Sequence record: NC_019410.1
Reading direction: 5' to 3' (one strand)
DNA length: 64,000 bases
The notes beneath the pieces were generated by a model. The model did no database searches. It saw only the letters and a program-made list of their open reading frames with translations, and had not been told where the DNA came from. Position numbers and translations under genes: made by a program. This document shows, piece by piece, positions 8,889-18,245 of this stretch (position 1 is its first letter; each line of letters begins with the position of its first letter).

Positions 8889-9335
8889 ATGTTCGCTTCC
8901 GTGACCCTTCCCGCCCATGACGCCCAAGGCCTGAGCCTCGAAACCGTCCACATGGTTTTCGCCCGCGAACTGGCGCAACATTTCGACCACGTGATTTCCG
9001 CCCCCGTGGTCGAAAGCTGGCGCGACGAGGACACCGGCGCCGACCACGCGCAAGCCGCCGTTTGCTTCACCGTCTCGGCGACCCCCGCCGCGTGGGAAGC
9101 CAAGGGCGGGCGCCTCGCGCGCCGGCTGGAAAACCTCGCCGCGCGCTATGCCGCCGACTGCGACGCCCCGGCCCTGACTGTCACCCACTGCGACGGCCAA
9201 ACGGTCTATGTCGGCGCTCTGGAAGCCCTGGCGCGCCCCGCCCCGGTGCAAGGCCCGACCCGTGAGGCGGACCCGGCTTTCCTCCCCCGCCAGCGTGAGG
9301 ACAAGGCCGCCCGCTTCGATCGCCTGACCGCCTAG
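8889..9335 (+). CDS. Early hypothetical protein (148 aa)
   Basis: GGAG SD. Confidence 0.8.
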   Translation: MFASVTLPAHDAQGLSLETVHMVFARELAQHFDHVISAPVVESWRDEDTGADHAQAAVCFTVSATPAAWEAKGGRLARRLENLAARYAADCDAPALTVTHCDGQTVYVGALEALARPAPVQGPTREADPAFLPRQREDKAARFDRLTA

Positions 9336-9393
9336 CCCCTGGCCTCCCCCTAGCGCACCGCCCCTAGAAAGGCGGTGCGCTTTTCTGTGTCTG

Positions 9394-9426
9394 TTTACTT
9401 GTTGTTAAGGAATAGCCTGCTAGTGT
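9394..9426 (+). promoter_or_regulatory. Degenerate CtrA-box early promoter
   Basis: TTTA-CTTGTTG-TTAA, TAGTGT at 9421. Confidence 0.6.
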
Positions 9427-9477
9427 CCCCTTGTTGGCGGACGCATCCCGCGCCCGCCCCTTTCTGGATCGCTCCCC

Positions 9478-9870
9478 ATGGCTCGCCCCTCTGACCTGCT
9501 CAACGTCAACGCCGCCCGCGTCCTGGCTTGCCTTGAGCCTATCGCCGCCGCCGCTAAGACCGCCCCGGCCGCCGACCGCGCCGCCCTTTCCTACCTGCTC
9601 GACGCTGGCGAGTATGTCGCCGCGTGGCGCCGCAACCTCACGGAAACCGACCGCCGCAAGGCCTATGGCGCGGCCTGCGCCGCCGAAGCCCTGGCGCTCG
9701 CTAACGCCTATCAGCCCGCCACCCTGCAAGGCGGCGCCGTCCGCCGCGCTCTGGGCGCCTATGCCGCCGCCCTAAAGGTCCTGCTAGACGGGGAGCCGGT
9801 CAAGGCGGTGCGCGCCGCCGAAGGCGCGGCGCTTTCGGTCCGCGCTCGCTACGCCAACACCCGCCTTTAA
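9478..9870 (+). CDS. Early hypothetical protein (130 aa)
   Basis: Ala-rich helical ORF. Confidence 0.75.
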   Translation: MARPSDLLNVNAARVLACLEPIAAAAKTAPAADRAALSYLLDAGEYVAAWRRNLTETDRRKAYGAACAAEALALANAYQPATLQGGAVRRALGAYAAALKVLLDGEPVKAVRAAEGAALSVRARYANTRL

Positions 9871-9898
9871 CCTCTTGTTAACACCTCCCGGCTATGGT
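9867..9898 (+). promoter_or_regulatory. CtrA-box early promoter
   Basis: TTAA-CCTCTTG-TTAAC, TATGGT at 9893. Confidence 0.8.
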
Positions 9899-9924
9899 CG
9901 GGAGGTCGCAAGGAGACACCCGAC

Positions 9925-10119
9925 ATGACCCGCCCCGGCCCCGCCTCGCTCCTGACCCCGCAAGCCCGCTTCTCGTCGCCGCGCGTCCTGATCCTTCCGG
10001 GCGCGGCTCCCATGCCGATTCGCCAGCCGCGCGGCCTTTGCGCCGTCGAGTGCGTCGCCCTTGGCGTGACGCTGGGCGCGGCGCTCTACCTCGCCGCCCG
10101 CGTGTTCGGTCTGGTCTGA
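9925..10119 (+). CDS. Small protein with C-terminal TM (64 aa)
   Basis: AAGGAG SD; hydrophobic C-terminus. Confidence 0.7.
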   Translation: MTRPGPASLLTPQARFSSPRVLILPGAAPMPIRQPRGLCAVECVALGVTLGAALYLAARVFGLV

Positions 10120-10153
10120 CCAGACCCCCGCCCCGCCCCCGGTCGGACCGGTC

Positions 10154-10182
10154 GGGGGTGTGTCCCATAATGACACACCCCC
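10154..10182. repeat. Perfect 11-bp inverted repeat
   Basis: GGGGGTGTGTC-CCATAAT-GACACACCCCC. Confidence 0.85.
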
Positions 10183-10565
10183 GCCACCTAGTATCTTTTT
10201 TGATTCGGAGGGACCCAAAGGCCCCCTACGTTAACCATTTTTGGCGGCGCCCCCCGGCGCCTACGGATCATTTTGAAAAATCGCGTTGACAAAACCGGCA
10301 ATCAACGTCAAGGATCGTGACGTCGAGCAGCCCTGCCCGACACGGGCGGCCCGCCCCCCATTCGCCGCCCGACGGCCCCATCTCCGACGTCCACCGGGGG
10401 TGGGGCCTTTTCATTTTCCAGCCGGGGGACCCAAGGCCCCCTGGCTTTGTAAATCGGATCGCCAAAAGGTCCCTCCAAAAATTTTCAAAACCAGAAACGC
10501 CCGGTTGACACTTCCAGACTTGGCTTCTAAGTGTTGCGCGACGACACGCAATCGAGGAGCCCGTC

Positions 10566-11312
10566 ATGACCGACGACATCACCAACGCCACCCCCTACCA
10601 CAAGTTCACGCCCTACGACTGGCGCGGCTATATCGAGTTCCCGGCCACGGTCGATCTGGCCAAGCTGGTCCAGACCGTCTACGCCCGCTCGACCCCCAGG
10701 GGCCTGGGCTTCCTCCACTTCACCCCCGGCGATCTGGACGAGGGCCGCGTCACCACCGCCATCTATGACGCCCAGGAACGCTTCACCGAGGCCGAAGCCC
10801 AGTCGGCGCTCGACTTCAACGGCGAGCCCCGCGACAGCCGTCACCGCTTCTTCGACTTCGACTATGTCGACGGCCGGGCGGTGAAGTTCAACCTCTACCG
10901 CGACCTCAACGATCGCCGCTTCTACTGCGAACTCGACTGGTACGACCATTCCGAGTATGACGTCTTCGATCTGGTCGCCACCCTGCGCGACCTGTCCGAC
11001 GCCGACACCAAGGCCTATCTCGACGCGGTCGCCGCCGCCAAGGCCCAGAAAAAGGCCGACGAGTTCGCCGCGACCGAAGCGCGCGCCCTCCTCTTGGTCC
11101 GCGCCCTGAAAAACGTCATGGGCGGCTCGGAGACCATCCCCCGCGAGGAGTTCTATCGCCGCTACGGCGGCAAGCCGAGCGTCATGTACGCCGCCGACGC
11201 CCAGGATCGCCCCTATTTCGACTACGCGTTCAACCGCGACCACACCATTGTCACCGTCCGGCCGGACGAGGGCGGCGAGGCCCTCTACGCCCGCGACGCC
11301 GTCCCGGCCTGA
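10566..11312 (+). CDS. Hypothetical protein (248 aa)
   Basis: GAGGAG SD, TTGACA promoter ~10504. Confidence 0.85.
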   Translation: MTDDITNATPYHKFTPYDWRGYIEFPATVDLAKLVQTVYARSTPRGLGFLHFTPGDLDEGRVTTAIYDAQERFTEAEAQSALDFNGEPRDSRHRFFDFDYVDGRAVKFNLYRDLNDRRFYCELDWYDHSEYDVFDLVATLRDLSDADTKAYLDAVAAAKAQKKADEFAATEARALLLVRALKNVMGGSETIPREEFYRRYGGKPSVMYAADAQDRPYFDYAFNRDHTIVTVRPDEGGEALYARDAVPA

Positions 11313-11316
11313 TCCC

Positions 11317-11544
11317 ATGAGCGACGAACGCGGCCCCGGCCACACCAAGTTCTACGCCTCCGAGGACGGCAAGCACGTCATGCGCTGCCTGAACAACGAC
11401 CCGGCCTGGGTCAGTCCGGTCGTCCATGACGAGGCGCCGCTGCCGGCCTGGAAGATCGCCTCGATGTTGCAGGACGCCTATAATCTCGGCAAGCGCGAGC
11501 AGCAGGAGATCATCCGCCGCGCCCTTGGAGTTCCCGGACGATGA
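11317..11544 (+). CDS. Hypothetical protein (75 aa)
   Basis: ATG 4 nt after upstream stop. Confidence 0.75.
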   Translation: MSDERGPGHTKFYASEDGKHVMRCLNNDPAWVSPVVHDEAPLPAWKIASMLQDAYNLGKREQQEIIRRALGVPGR

Positions 11545-12227
11545 CCGAACTGACCCTTGGCGAGCGCTATGCGCGGGAGGCCCTGGCGGTCGCCCTGTTT
11601 GGCCAGCGCCGCACGTCCTCGTCGATCGGCGGCGCGCCGGCCTCGCTCTGGCACGAGATCGCGCCCCAGCAGCGCGGAAGCTGGCGCGAGCAGGCCGATC
11701 GCCTCGTCGCCGAGCAGGCCGGGGACGCCACGGCCGTCACCAAGGACCAGAAGCGCAAGCTGGAGCGCTGGGAAGGCGAACTGCTCGCCCTGGCCAGCGG
11801 CCTGGACCCGGACGGCTATCACGACGCCAAGGACCACCGCGCTGAGCGCGATATCGCCTCCTACTACCAGGAGATGCAGCCCTACGACTACAAGCTCTCC
11901 AACGAGGTGCTGCTGAACGCCCACTCGCACGCCGACGCCCTCGGCCTGGACCTCCCGGCGTTTCCGGCCAACTATTTCTCGTCCCAAGCGGTCGAGTCGG
12001 TCAGGACACGGCAACTGACCGACTGGGAAGCGGCCATGATGGCGATCCTACATGGCGAGGCCGAGATCACCGCCTCCAACTGGTCGAGCTACAAGTTCAT
12101 CGTGCCGTTCCAGTATCGCTTCTCTGACAAGCAGATCGTGGAGATCGCCCTGAAGGCCCAATCCTTCGACGGCGTCCCGGCAAGATCGCCGGCCGACCGT
12201 CGCCGCTACAAGGTGGAAACCCTCTGA
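11541..12227 (+). CDS. Hypothetical protein (228 aa)
   Basis: ATGA overlap. Confidence 0.8.
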   Translation: MTELTLGERYAREALAVALFGQRRTSSSIGGAPASLWHEIAPQQRGSWREQADRLVAEQAGDATAVTKDQKRKLERWEGELLALASGLDPDGYHDAKDHRAERDIASYYQEMQPYDYKLSNEVLLNAHSHADALGLDLPAFPANYFSSQAVESVRTRQLTDWEAAMMAILHGEAEITASNWSSYKFIVPFQYRFSDKQIVEIALKAQSFDGVPARSPADRRRYKVETL

Positions 12228-12523
12228 TGCGCCGCTTTTCTATCCTGACCCTCACGGCCGCCGCGATCGCCCTGGGCTGCGTCGCCAGTCTCACCGCCTG
12301 CGCCGAGCAGACCAAGGTGGACGATCAGGTCTACGCCACGCTGGAGAACGGCTGCGTCGTCCACAAGATCGTCCGCCAGGAGAAGGGCAGCATGTTCATC
12401 GAGGAGGTCTACACCACCGTCTGCCCGAACGGGGCGACCCGGACGGAGTGGGAGACGACCAAGATGGTCGGCAAGACGGTGACCGTCGAAAAGCACGCCA
12501 CCGAAACCCCGGCGACGCGCTAA
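12227..12523 (+). CDS. Putative lipoprotein (98 aa)
   Basis: Signal peptide with LTAC lipobox-like motif. Confidence 0.75.
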   Translation: MRRFSILTLTAAAIALGCVASLTACAEQTKVDDQVYATLENGCVVHKIVRQEKGSMFIEEVYTTVCPNGATRTEWETTKMVGKTVTVEKHATETPATR

Positions 12524-13059
12524 TGACCGCCGCCCTGACCCTCTCGCGCCGCTTCACCCCCACCGACCTCTCCGGGGCGATGAAGATGGTCGCCCCTTAC
12601 GGCATCCTGGCCGATCCCCGCGCCGCCAGCCTCGCCGCCTCCATGGGGTTCGCCTCGGGCGACGCCCGGCACGAAGACACCATCCTGGGCCTCAAGGTCC
12701 TGCTGTTCAAGAACGTCCCGATCTGGACCGAGGCGGTGCTGACCCTGGCGCCCGAGCCGCCGCTGGGCGAGGTCCTGCGCTTTCTGATCCTCGGCCGCGC
12801 CGCCCACACCCGGTTCATCGCCCGCCGGGCCGAGGCCTGGGGCTGGCGCGAGCAGTACGATCCGATGTTCGCCACGCCCGAGAACTACTGCGCCCTGCGC
12901 GACCAGTTCCAGGCCGACTTCCCCGAGCGCCACTTTGGTGGGACCCACGGACTGAACAAGCAGGGCCTCGCCGATCTCCTGGCCCGCGACGACGTCTTGG
13001 ACGTCCAGTTCCACGTCCCCGCCGCCCCGGCCGACGCCATTGTGGCTGAAATTGACTGA
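12523..13059 (+). CDS. Hypothetical protein (178 aa)
   Basis: TAATG overlap. Confidence 0.8.
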   Translation: MTAALTLSRRFTPTDLSGAMKMVAPYGILADPRAASLAASMGFASGDARHEDTILGLKVLLFKNVPIWTEAVLTLAPEPPLGEVLRFLILGRAAHTRFIARRAEAWGWREQYDPMFATPENYCALRDQFQADFPERHFGGTHGLNKQGLADLLARDDVLDVQFHVPAAPADAIVAEID

Positions 13060-13067
13060 AGGTAGAC

Positions 13068-13376
13068 ATGAAATCCCCCAGCACGCCTGAAGAAAAGGCG
13101 CTCGAAGCCGCGCGCAAGGCGCGGACCGACGCTGCCGTGGCGGCGTTCACCTCGATCGAGCGCTACGACGCCTACGTCAAGGCTCAGTTCGACAAGGACC
13201 TGAAGGCGGGCCTGTGGGGTGGCTACAACTATGCCACGGCGGAGCCCCGCAAACCTGTGTCGTGGGAGCAGGTGCGCGCCTACTACGTTCGTAATTTCCT
13301 CTATCATCTCGATCACCTCTGCTTGATGTTCGGGTTGGAGCCGGCCGAAATCATCGCGCGCCTGGAGGGAGCATGA
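13068..13376 (+). CDS. Hypothetical protein (102 aa)
   Basis: GAAGG SD. Confidence 0.75.
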   Translation: MKSPSTPEEKALEAARKARTDAAVAAFTSIERYDAYVKAQFDKDLKAGLWGGYNYATAEPRKPVSWEQVRAYYVRNFLYHLDHLCLMFGLEPAEIIARLEGA

Positions 13377-13744
13377 GCGTCAACTACCATATCGAGCGCG
13401 CCGTCCGGGCGCCGGAGAAAGGCTTCGTCCAGGTCCGCCACATCGGGCAGTGGGCCAACGGCCGTTTCCTCTTTCAGGGCGCGACCTTCCGGACCACGCG
13501 GGCGTGGCGCGACCATCTCCGGACCCTGACGGACGACGAGCGCATCGTCAGCGAGAACGGCGTGGTCATGAGCCCGAGCGAGTTCTGGAACATGGTCGGT
13601 CAGACCCTGGCCAACGACACCACGCTCGACTACGCTTTGAACGTCGCCCAGGGCTTTGAGCAATACAGCCTCGCGCGCGGCTTCCTGGAGGGTCGCTTCT
13701 GGATGGACGGTCCCTTCGCCTTCACCAGCAACGAGTTCCATTGA
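13373..13744 (+). CDS. Hypothetical protein (123 aa)
   Basis: ATGA overlap. Confidence 0.8.
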   Translation: MSVNYHIERAVRAPEKGFVQVRHIGQWANGRFLFQGATFRTTRAWRDHLRTLTDDERIVSENGVVMSPSEFWNMVGQTLANDTTLDYALNVAQGFEQYSLARGFLEGRFWMDGPFAFTSNEFH

Positions 13745-14169
13745 TGCCCGGATTTTTCGCCCGCCTGCTTTACCGGATCGCCGGCGTCGCCCCGATTAGC
13801 ACGCCGAAGACCGCCGCCCTGGTCGCGGCGGTCTGGTGGACGACCCGGATGAATATCGAGGCGGCCGTCGACCCCGGCACGAGCGACGCCGAAAAGCTCC
13901 AACTGGCCGACGCCTTCCAGGACGAGCTTTGCCGGCTGATCGACGGGCGCCTGCGGCGGATCGGCAAGCGTTCCGAGGGGCTGTCGATCGACTTCGACTA
14001 CACGCCCGACCCGCTGCTGGCCGAGGCCTTGCGCAAGGCCGGCGTCTCCCGCAGCGTCTGGAGCGACCTGTGGCTCAACAAGACCCGCATGGTCGTCCAG
14101 TCCCACCAGATCAGCGTCAAGCCCGGACTGGCCGGGCAGCGCTACACCATCCCCATCGGAGAGGTCTGA
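13744..14169 (+). CDS. Hypothetical protein (141 aa)
   Basis: TGATG overlap. Confidence 0.8.
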   Translation: MPGFFARLLYRIAGVAPISTPKTAALVAAVWWTTRMNIEAAVDPGTSDAEKLQLADAFQDELCRLIDGRLRRIGKRSEGLSIDFDYTPDPLLAEALRKAGVSRSVWSDLWLNKTRMVVQSHQISVKPGLAGQRYTIPIGEV

Positions 14170-14471
14170 TGCCCTACTACCGCAAGAAGCCCGTCGTGAT
14201 CGAGGCCATCACCTTCGACGAACTCGTCCAGCATGGCCTTCAGGAGAAGGACGCCGGACGGGGCTCAGCCGTCAAGGGCGTTCCCTGGACGTTCCTCTAC
14301 AAGGGCCAGCCGATCACCCACGAGAACGACGACACCTACATCATCCCGACCCTGGAGGGCTCGATGGCCTTTCGGCGTGGCGACATGCTCATCACCGGCG
14401 TCAAGGGTGAAATCTACCCTTGCGCGATGGAAATCTTCGAGGCTACCTATGAGCAAGTCGACGCCGAGTAA
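14169..14471 (+). CDS. Conserved phage protein (KKPVVIEA...IPTLEG...GEIYPC motif; 100 aa)
   Basis: TGATG overlap; motif common in phage hypothetical proteins. Confidence 0.8.
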   Translation: MPYYRKKPVVIEAITFDELVQHGLQEKDAGRGSAVKGVPWTFLYKGQPITHENDDTYIIPTLEGSMAFRRGDMLITGVKGEIYPCAMEIFEATYEQVDAE

Positions 14472-14718
14472 GGCCGAACTGATGGCGGTTGGCGAGCGCA
14501 AGCACGAAACCTGCCGCTACGGCCGCCTGACCGAGATGTGGACCACCAACCTCGTCACCAACAAGGAGACGGCGGGCGTGGCGCCGCTCTGCACCTTCGA
14601 CCCGCCCGGCGATCTCCCGCCGGCCCTCAAGCGGGTCTGGGGCGGGATCATCGATCTTGACCGCGATTGCGCCGTCTGCCTCGCCCACCGCGAGGTCCCG
14701 CTGGAGCCGCTGCCGTGA
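14449..14718 (+). CDS. Hypothetical Cys-containing protein (89 aa)
   Basis: Fills operon gap; CRY...CTF...CAVC. Confidence 0.65.
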   Translation: MSKSTPSKAELMAVGERKHETCRYGRLTEMWTTNLVTNKETAGVAPLCTFDPPGDLPPALKRVWGGIIDLDRDCAVCLAHREVPLEPLP

Positions 14719-15005
14719 AATCCTGGGACCACCGCGTCTTCTGTCCCTGCGGCCACAACGACGAGCACTATGGCGGCGATCCGGCCCTGGCCGGGTACTG
14801 GTACAAGAACGACGTCTGTCCCCGCTGCGCCACGCGCGGCGATCGCTGGCGCGTCTTCACCGTCCGCTGGGTCTCGCAGGCCAAGCTCTGGGCGCCGTGG
14901 ACCTGGGGCCGGGGCTATTGGGAGGCCGACACCGGCGAGGCGCGCCAGCCCCTGACCGAGGTCTGGCCGGTGCTTGCCGGCAAGGAGGTGGTCCATGCCG
15001 GCTGA
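14715..15005 (+). CDS. Small Zn-ribbon-like protein (96 aa)
   Basis: GTGA overlap; CPC...CPRC. Confidence 0.7.
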   Translation: MKSWDHRVFCPCGHNDEHYGGDPALAGYWYKNDVCPRCATRGDRWRVFTVRWVSQAKLWAPWTWGRGYWEADTGEARQPLTEVWPVLAGKEVVHAG

Positions 15006-15363
15006 CGCCTTGGTCAAGGTCTGGACCTACGACAAGGCCCCGCGCTACCGCGCCAAGCGGGTCATGCGCATGGAGCACCACGCCGCCCCGAGGCCCGTCT
15101 GGGTCGTCGGCCGGCGCCTGCCGCTCCCCTGGCTCAATCTCTACTGGCCGCTGCGCTACTGGTATGTCGAGTTGGGCGAGAAGCCCGTCAAGCTCGCCGC
15201 CGAGTTCAGCACCGCCGAGGCCGCCGCCAAGTTCATCACCACCCAGCCGGACTTCTTCCCCCATCGCCCGGCCGTGTGGCTGGACGCCGTCCACTACTTC
15301 ACCGAGCGGGGCGATCCGGCCATTCTCGGAACCCTCAAGCCCCGCAAGGAGCGTGTCTTTTGA
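14995..15363 (+). CDS. Hypothetical protein (122 aa)
   Basis: AAGGAGG SD before ATG 14995. Confidence 0.8.
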   Translation: MPADALVKVWTYDKAPRYRAKRVMRMEHHAAPRPVWVVGRRLPLPWLNLYWPLRYWYVELGEKPVKLAAEFSTAEAAAKFITTQPDFFPHRPAVWLDAVHYFTERGDPAILGTLKPRKERVF

Positions 15364-16025
15364 GCATCCGGATCGGCGAGCGCCACCTCGAATACACCAC
15401 CGACAAGGTCTACTGGCTCCCGCGCGGCTATTCCAAGCGGAGCGGCCGGTACGTCTATCCGCACCAAGGCTGGTCGTGGACCGAATGGCGCTCGGAGGTC
15501 ACCGACACCTACGAGACCCTGGAACGCGCCCAGCATGCGATCTCCGGCGGCTATCTCAAGGACATGATCAAGAGCCAGGAGATCGTCGACATCGTCATCC
15601 TCCAGGTCCGCACGGTCCGAGAGATCGTCGAGGATCGCACGGTCGTGGCCCATGACCTCGCCGGCAAGCCGCTCGACCGGGCCGAGCCGTCGGTGAGCGC
15701 CCAGGGCCATGTCCTGGAGCCGGGCGCCTATGTCTTCCTCAACTACGACGGCGACGCGGACCCGACCACCTATGCGGTCTACGGCAAGGTCCTGGCCATC
15801 CACGACGACCGCATCAGCCTGTGGGTGATCAACGGGGCCTGGACCATGGTCCTGACCGCCGCCGACGGGACCTTGCGGGTCGCCCCCGACAGCCATGGCC
15901 CCGCCGGGCGCGAGGTCTTCATCCTCTATGCTGGCGAGCCGCCCAATCCCTTGACCGGATCGGACTTCTACACCGACCAGTTCAACGCCTATCTCAAGTT
16001 GCGCGGCCTGGAAGCTGCCGCCTGA
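15360..16025 (+). CDS. Hypothetical protein (221 aa)
   Basis: AAGGAG SD before TTG. Confidence 0.75.
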   Translation: MSIRIGERHLEYTTDKVYWLPRGYSKRSGRYVYPHQGWSWTEWRSEVTDTYETLERAQHAISGGYLKDMIKSQEIVDIVILQVRTVREIVEDRTVVAHDLAGKPLDRAEPSVSAQGHVLEPGAYVFLNYDGDADPTTYAVYGKVLAIHDDRISLWVINGAWTMVLTAADGTLRVAPDSHGPAGREVFILYAGEPPNPLTGSDFYTDQFNAYLKLRGLEAAA

Positions 16026-16033
16026 AGGATGCC

Positions 16034-16648
16034 ATGACCGACTCACCGCTGCACCCGACCGACCGCGCCATCCTCGACCTCCTCCAGGAGGAGGCGGCCG
16101 AGACCCTGCTGGAATTCGCCCCGGTGATCAGCCGGCTGGTCAAGATCGCCTCCAAGGTCAAGCGCTTTGGCAACGGGACCAACCCGTTCGAGCCGGGCGC
16201 CAAGCCCAATCTCGAACTCCTGGAGGACGAGATCGGAGACCTGGAGGCCCTGGTCGACCTCCTGGCCGAGCGGGGCCTGATCTCGCGCGAGCGGATCGCC
16301 GCGCGCAAGGTCTGGAAGCGCGGCATGCTCAAGACCCACAAGACCCTGCCGCCGGACGCCTTCTCGGTCGAGAACCTCCCGCCGCTCGGCGCCGTGCCGG
16401 GCCTTGACCTGGACCCGTCCAATCCCATTGTCGCTTTGGCGGCTGACATCCGCACCGGCGGCTATACCGCCCTCTTCGGCGGCCACGCCCCGTCGGCCGA
16501 GCCGCCCGCGCCGGGCAAGCCGCTCTACATCCGCTACATCGACAGCCAGTCGATCCACTCCAACCGCTTCCTGTCCTGGGAAGAACTGAGCAGCGCCGAC
16601 CGCCAGCGGTGGAACGACGCGGCCAAGGCCGGCAAGATCGCCCCGTAA
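16034..16648 (+). CDS. MazG-like nucleotide pyrophosphohydrolase-fold protein
   Basis: LQEEAAE...KVKRFG...LLEDEIGDL motif. Confidence 0.65.
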   Translation: MTDSPLHPTDRAILDLLQEEAAETLLEFAPVISRLVKIASKVKRFGNGTNPFEPGAKPNLELLEDEIGDLEALVDLLAERGLISRERIAARKVWKRGMLKTHKTLPPDAFSVENLPPLGAVPGLDLDPSNPIVALAADIRTGGYTALFGGHAPSAEPPAPGKPLYIRYIDSQSIHSNRFLSWEELSSADRQRWNDAAKAGKIAP

Positions 16649-16658
16649 CGAGGACCCC

Positions 16659-17219
16659 ATGACCCAGCTTCTCCCCGACACCCTCTATGTGACCTCCCAC
16701 GAGGGTCCCGAATACAGCGCCACGACCCAGGAGGGCCTGCCCGACGCCGTGCGCTACACCCGCTTCGACCACGACCAGCACATCAAGGCCGCCAAGATGC
16801 TCCTGGCCGGCGCGACGATCCACGAGGCCCACGGGCAGTACGGCATCGCCGCTGGTCTGAAGGCGGCCGTGACCGAGGCGGGCGTCAACATCGTCGGCGA
16901 GGCCACCGACATCCTCAAGGCCCAGGAACTGACGATCGCCCAGTTGCGCCGCCAGCGCAACGACCTCCTGGTCGCCAACAACCACTATCTGGCCGACGCC
17001 CGCGCCGCGCGGGCTGGCGAGCCGTCCCCGCCGGTGACGCCGGAGGTCGCCGACGCCATCCGGGCGATCGGGATCGACGCTCTTCAGCGCAAGGCCAAGG
17101 ACTACCTGGAGGACTACGAGTACCGGGGCGAGTTCGGGACCTTCCAGCCCGGTCCGCAGGAACGGATCGTGCTCGACGATCTCCTGCAAGGCTTCCTGGC
17201 CCTGATCACCGAGGCCTGA
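16659..17219 (+). CDS. Hypothetical protein (186 aa)
   Basis: GAGGA SD. Confidence 0.8.
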   Translation: MTQLLPDTLYVTSHEGPEYSATTQEGLPDAVRYTRFDHDQHIKAAKMLLAGATIHEAHGQYGIAAGLKAAVTEAGVNIVGEATDILKAQELTIAQLRRQRNDLLVANNHYLADARAARAGEPSPPVTPEVADAIRAIGIDALQRKAKDYLEDYEYRGEFGTFQPGPQERIVLDDLLQGFLALITEA

Positions 17220-17220
17220 G

Positions 17221-17448
17221 ATGGACGAAGCGGCCATCCGAGAGGAGTTCGAGCGCCGGATGTTGACGCTGATGCGCAACGCCCCGCCCGGCTATGTCCA
17301 AGCCGCGCTGGAGCGCCGCCCGGATGGACGCTATGTCCAGATGACCATCCAGCGCAACTACCGTCACTTCCGGATCGGCTTCGAGATGGGCTACATCGCC
17401 CGCGCCAAGGACGACGCCCTGAAGGGCATGAAGAAGGCGAAACGATGA
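17221..17448 (+). CDS. Hypothetical protein (75 aa)
   Basis: Operon spacing. Confidence 0.75.
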   Translation: MDEAAIREEFERRMLTLMRNAPPGYVQAALERRPDGRYVQMTIQRNYRHFRIGFEMGYIARAKDDALKGMKKAKR

Positions 17449-17660
17449 CTCCCTACGCCTACTACCTTCCGGCCCTGCGGCGGATGCGGCACGCGCTGCA
17501 CGATATCCGCGATCGCGGCATCCGGTCCTGGGCCGCGATCCAGTACAAATTCCTGGAGAACCGCCTGCGGGATCAATGCCCGACGGAGGCCGACATCGCC
17601 AATCTCGAACTGCACATGACCGATGAGGATCGTGCGCGTGGACAACCGGCGGCGGCATGA
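17445..17660 (+). CDS. Hypothetical protein (71 aa)
   Basis: ATGA overlap. Confidence 0.75.
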   Translation: MTPYAYYLPALRRMRHALHDIRDRGIRSWAAIQYKFLENRLRDQCPTEADIANLELHMTDEDRARGQPAAA

Positions 17661-17875
17661 TCCCTTACGACCTGCGCCAGCAGCATGACGAATGGGGCAA
17701 CGCCGAGCACCTCCTGTCGCCGCTCGACGCGGGCAAGCTGCGCGACAACGACTGGCGCCGCGTCTCGGGCGATTGCGTTTGCGAGACCTGTGGCAAGCTC
17801 TACTACGACCACCCGCCCGTCCTGGGCGCGCTCTGGCTCAACCGCCTCTGCTCGGGCGAACTGGTGAAGCTCTGA
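17657..17875 (+). CDS. Small Zn-finger-like protein (72 aa)
   Basis: ATGA overlap; CETCGK...HP...LC. Confidence 0.75.
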   Translation: MIPYDLRQQHDEWGNAEHLLSPLDAGKLRDNDWRRVSGDCVCETCGKLYYDHPPVLGALWLNRLCSGELVKL

Positions 17876-18042
17876 TGAAGGACGAAAAAGACATCAAGGA
17901 CGCCTTCGCCCTGATCGGGGTGATCGCGCTGATCATCATCCTGTCGACGGTCTTTCTCGGGGTCGCGCGCCGCTATGGCTGGACCGAGCCGAAGCTGGAC
18001 CTGAATCTGGACCCGCCCGAAACTGTGAGGCCCATTCGATGA
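17875..18042 (+). CDS. Small membrane protein (55 aa)
   Basis: TGATG overlap; one TM segment. Confidence 0.7.
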   Translation: MKDEKDIKDAFALIGVIALIIILSTVFLGVARRYGWTEPKLDLNLDPPETVRPIR

Positions 18043-18245
18043 TCAATCCCGACGGCGTTCTGATCAAGACCTGGGAGGTCCACTGCCGGGCCTGCCAGGA
18101 ACCCTATCTGGGCATCCGGGGCGACATGTCCCAGGCCCAGGCGGAGCTTCGCAAGATGGGCTGGCGCACGCGCGGCGGGCGCTGGGTCTGCGCCGTCTGC
18201 GAGCCGGGCGTGCCAATCGGCCACCGGTGGACAGATGAGCCCTGA
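18039..18245 (+). CDS. Small Zn-finger-like protein (68 aa)
   Basis: CRAC and CAVC pairs; GWRTRGGRWVC. Confidence 0.75.
   Translation: MINPDGVLIKTWEVHCRACQEPYLGIRGDMSQAQAELRKMGWRTRGGRWVCAVCEPGVPIGHRWTDEP

Noticed and set aside
14169-14471. Anti-defence (Tad/Acb) assignment
   Set aside because: Motifs do not match the Tad1, Tad2 or Acb2 sequences I can recall; left as a conserved hypothetical
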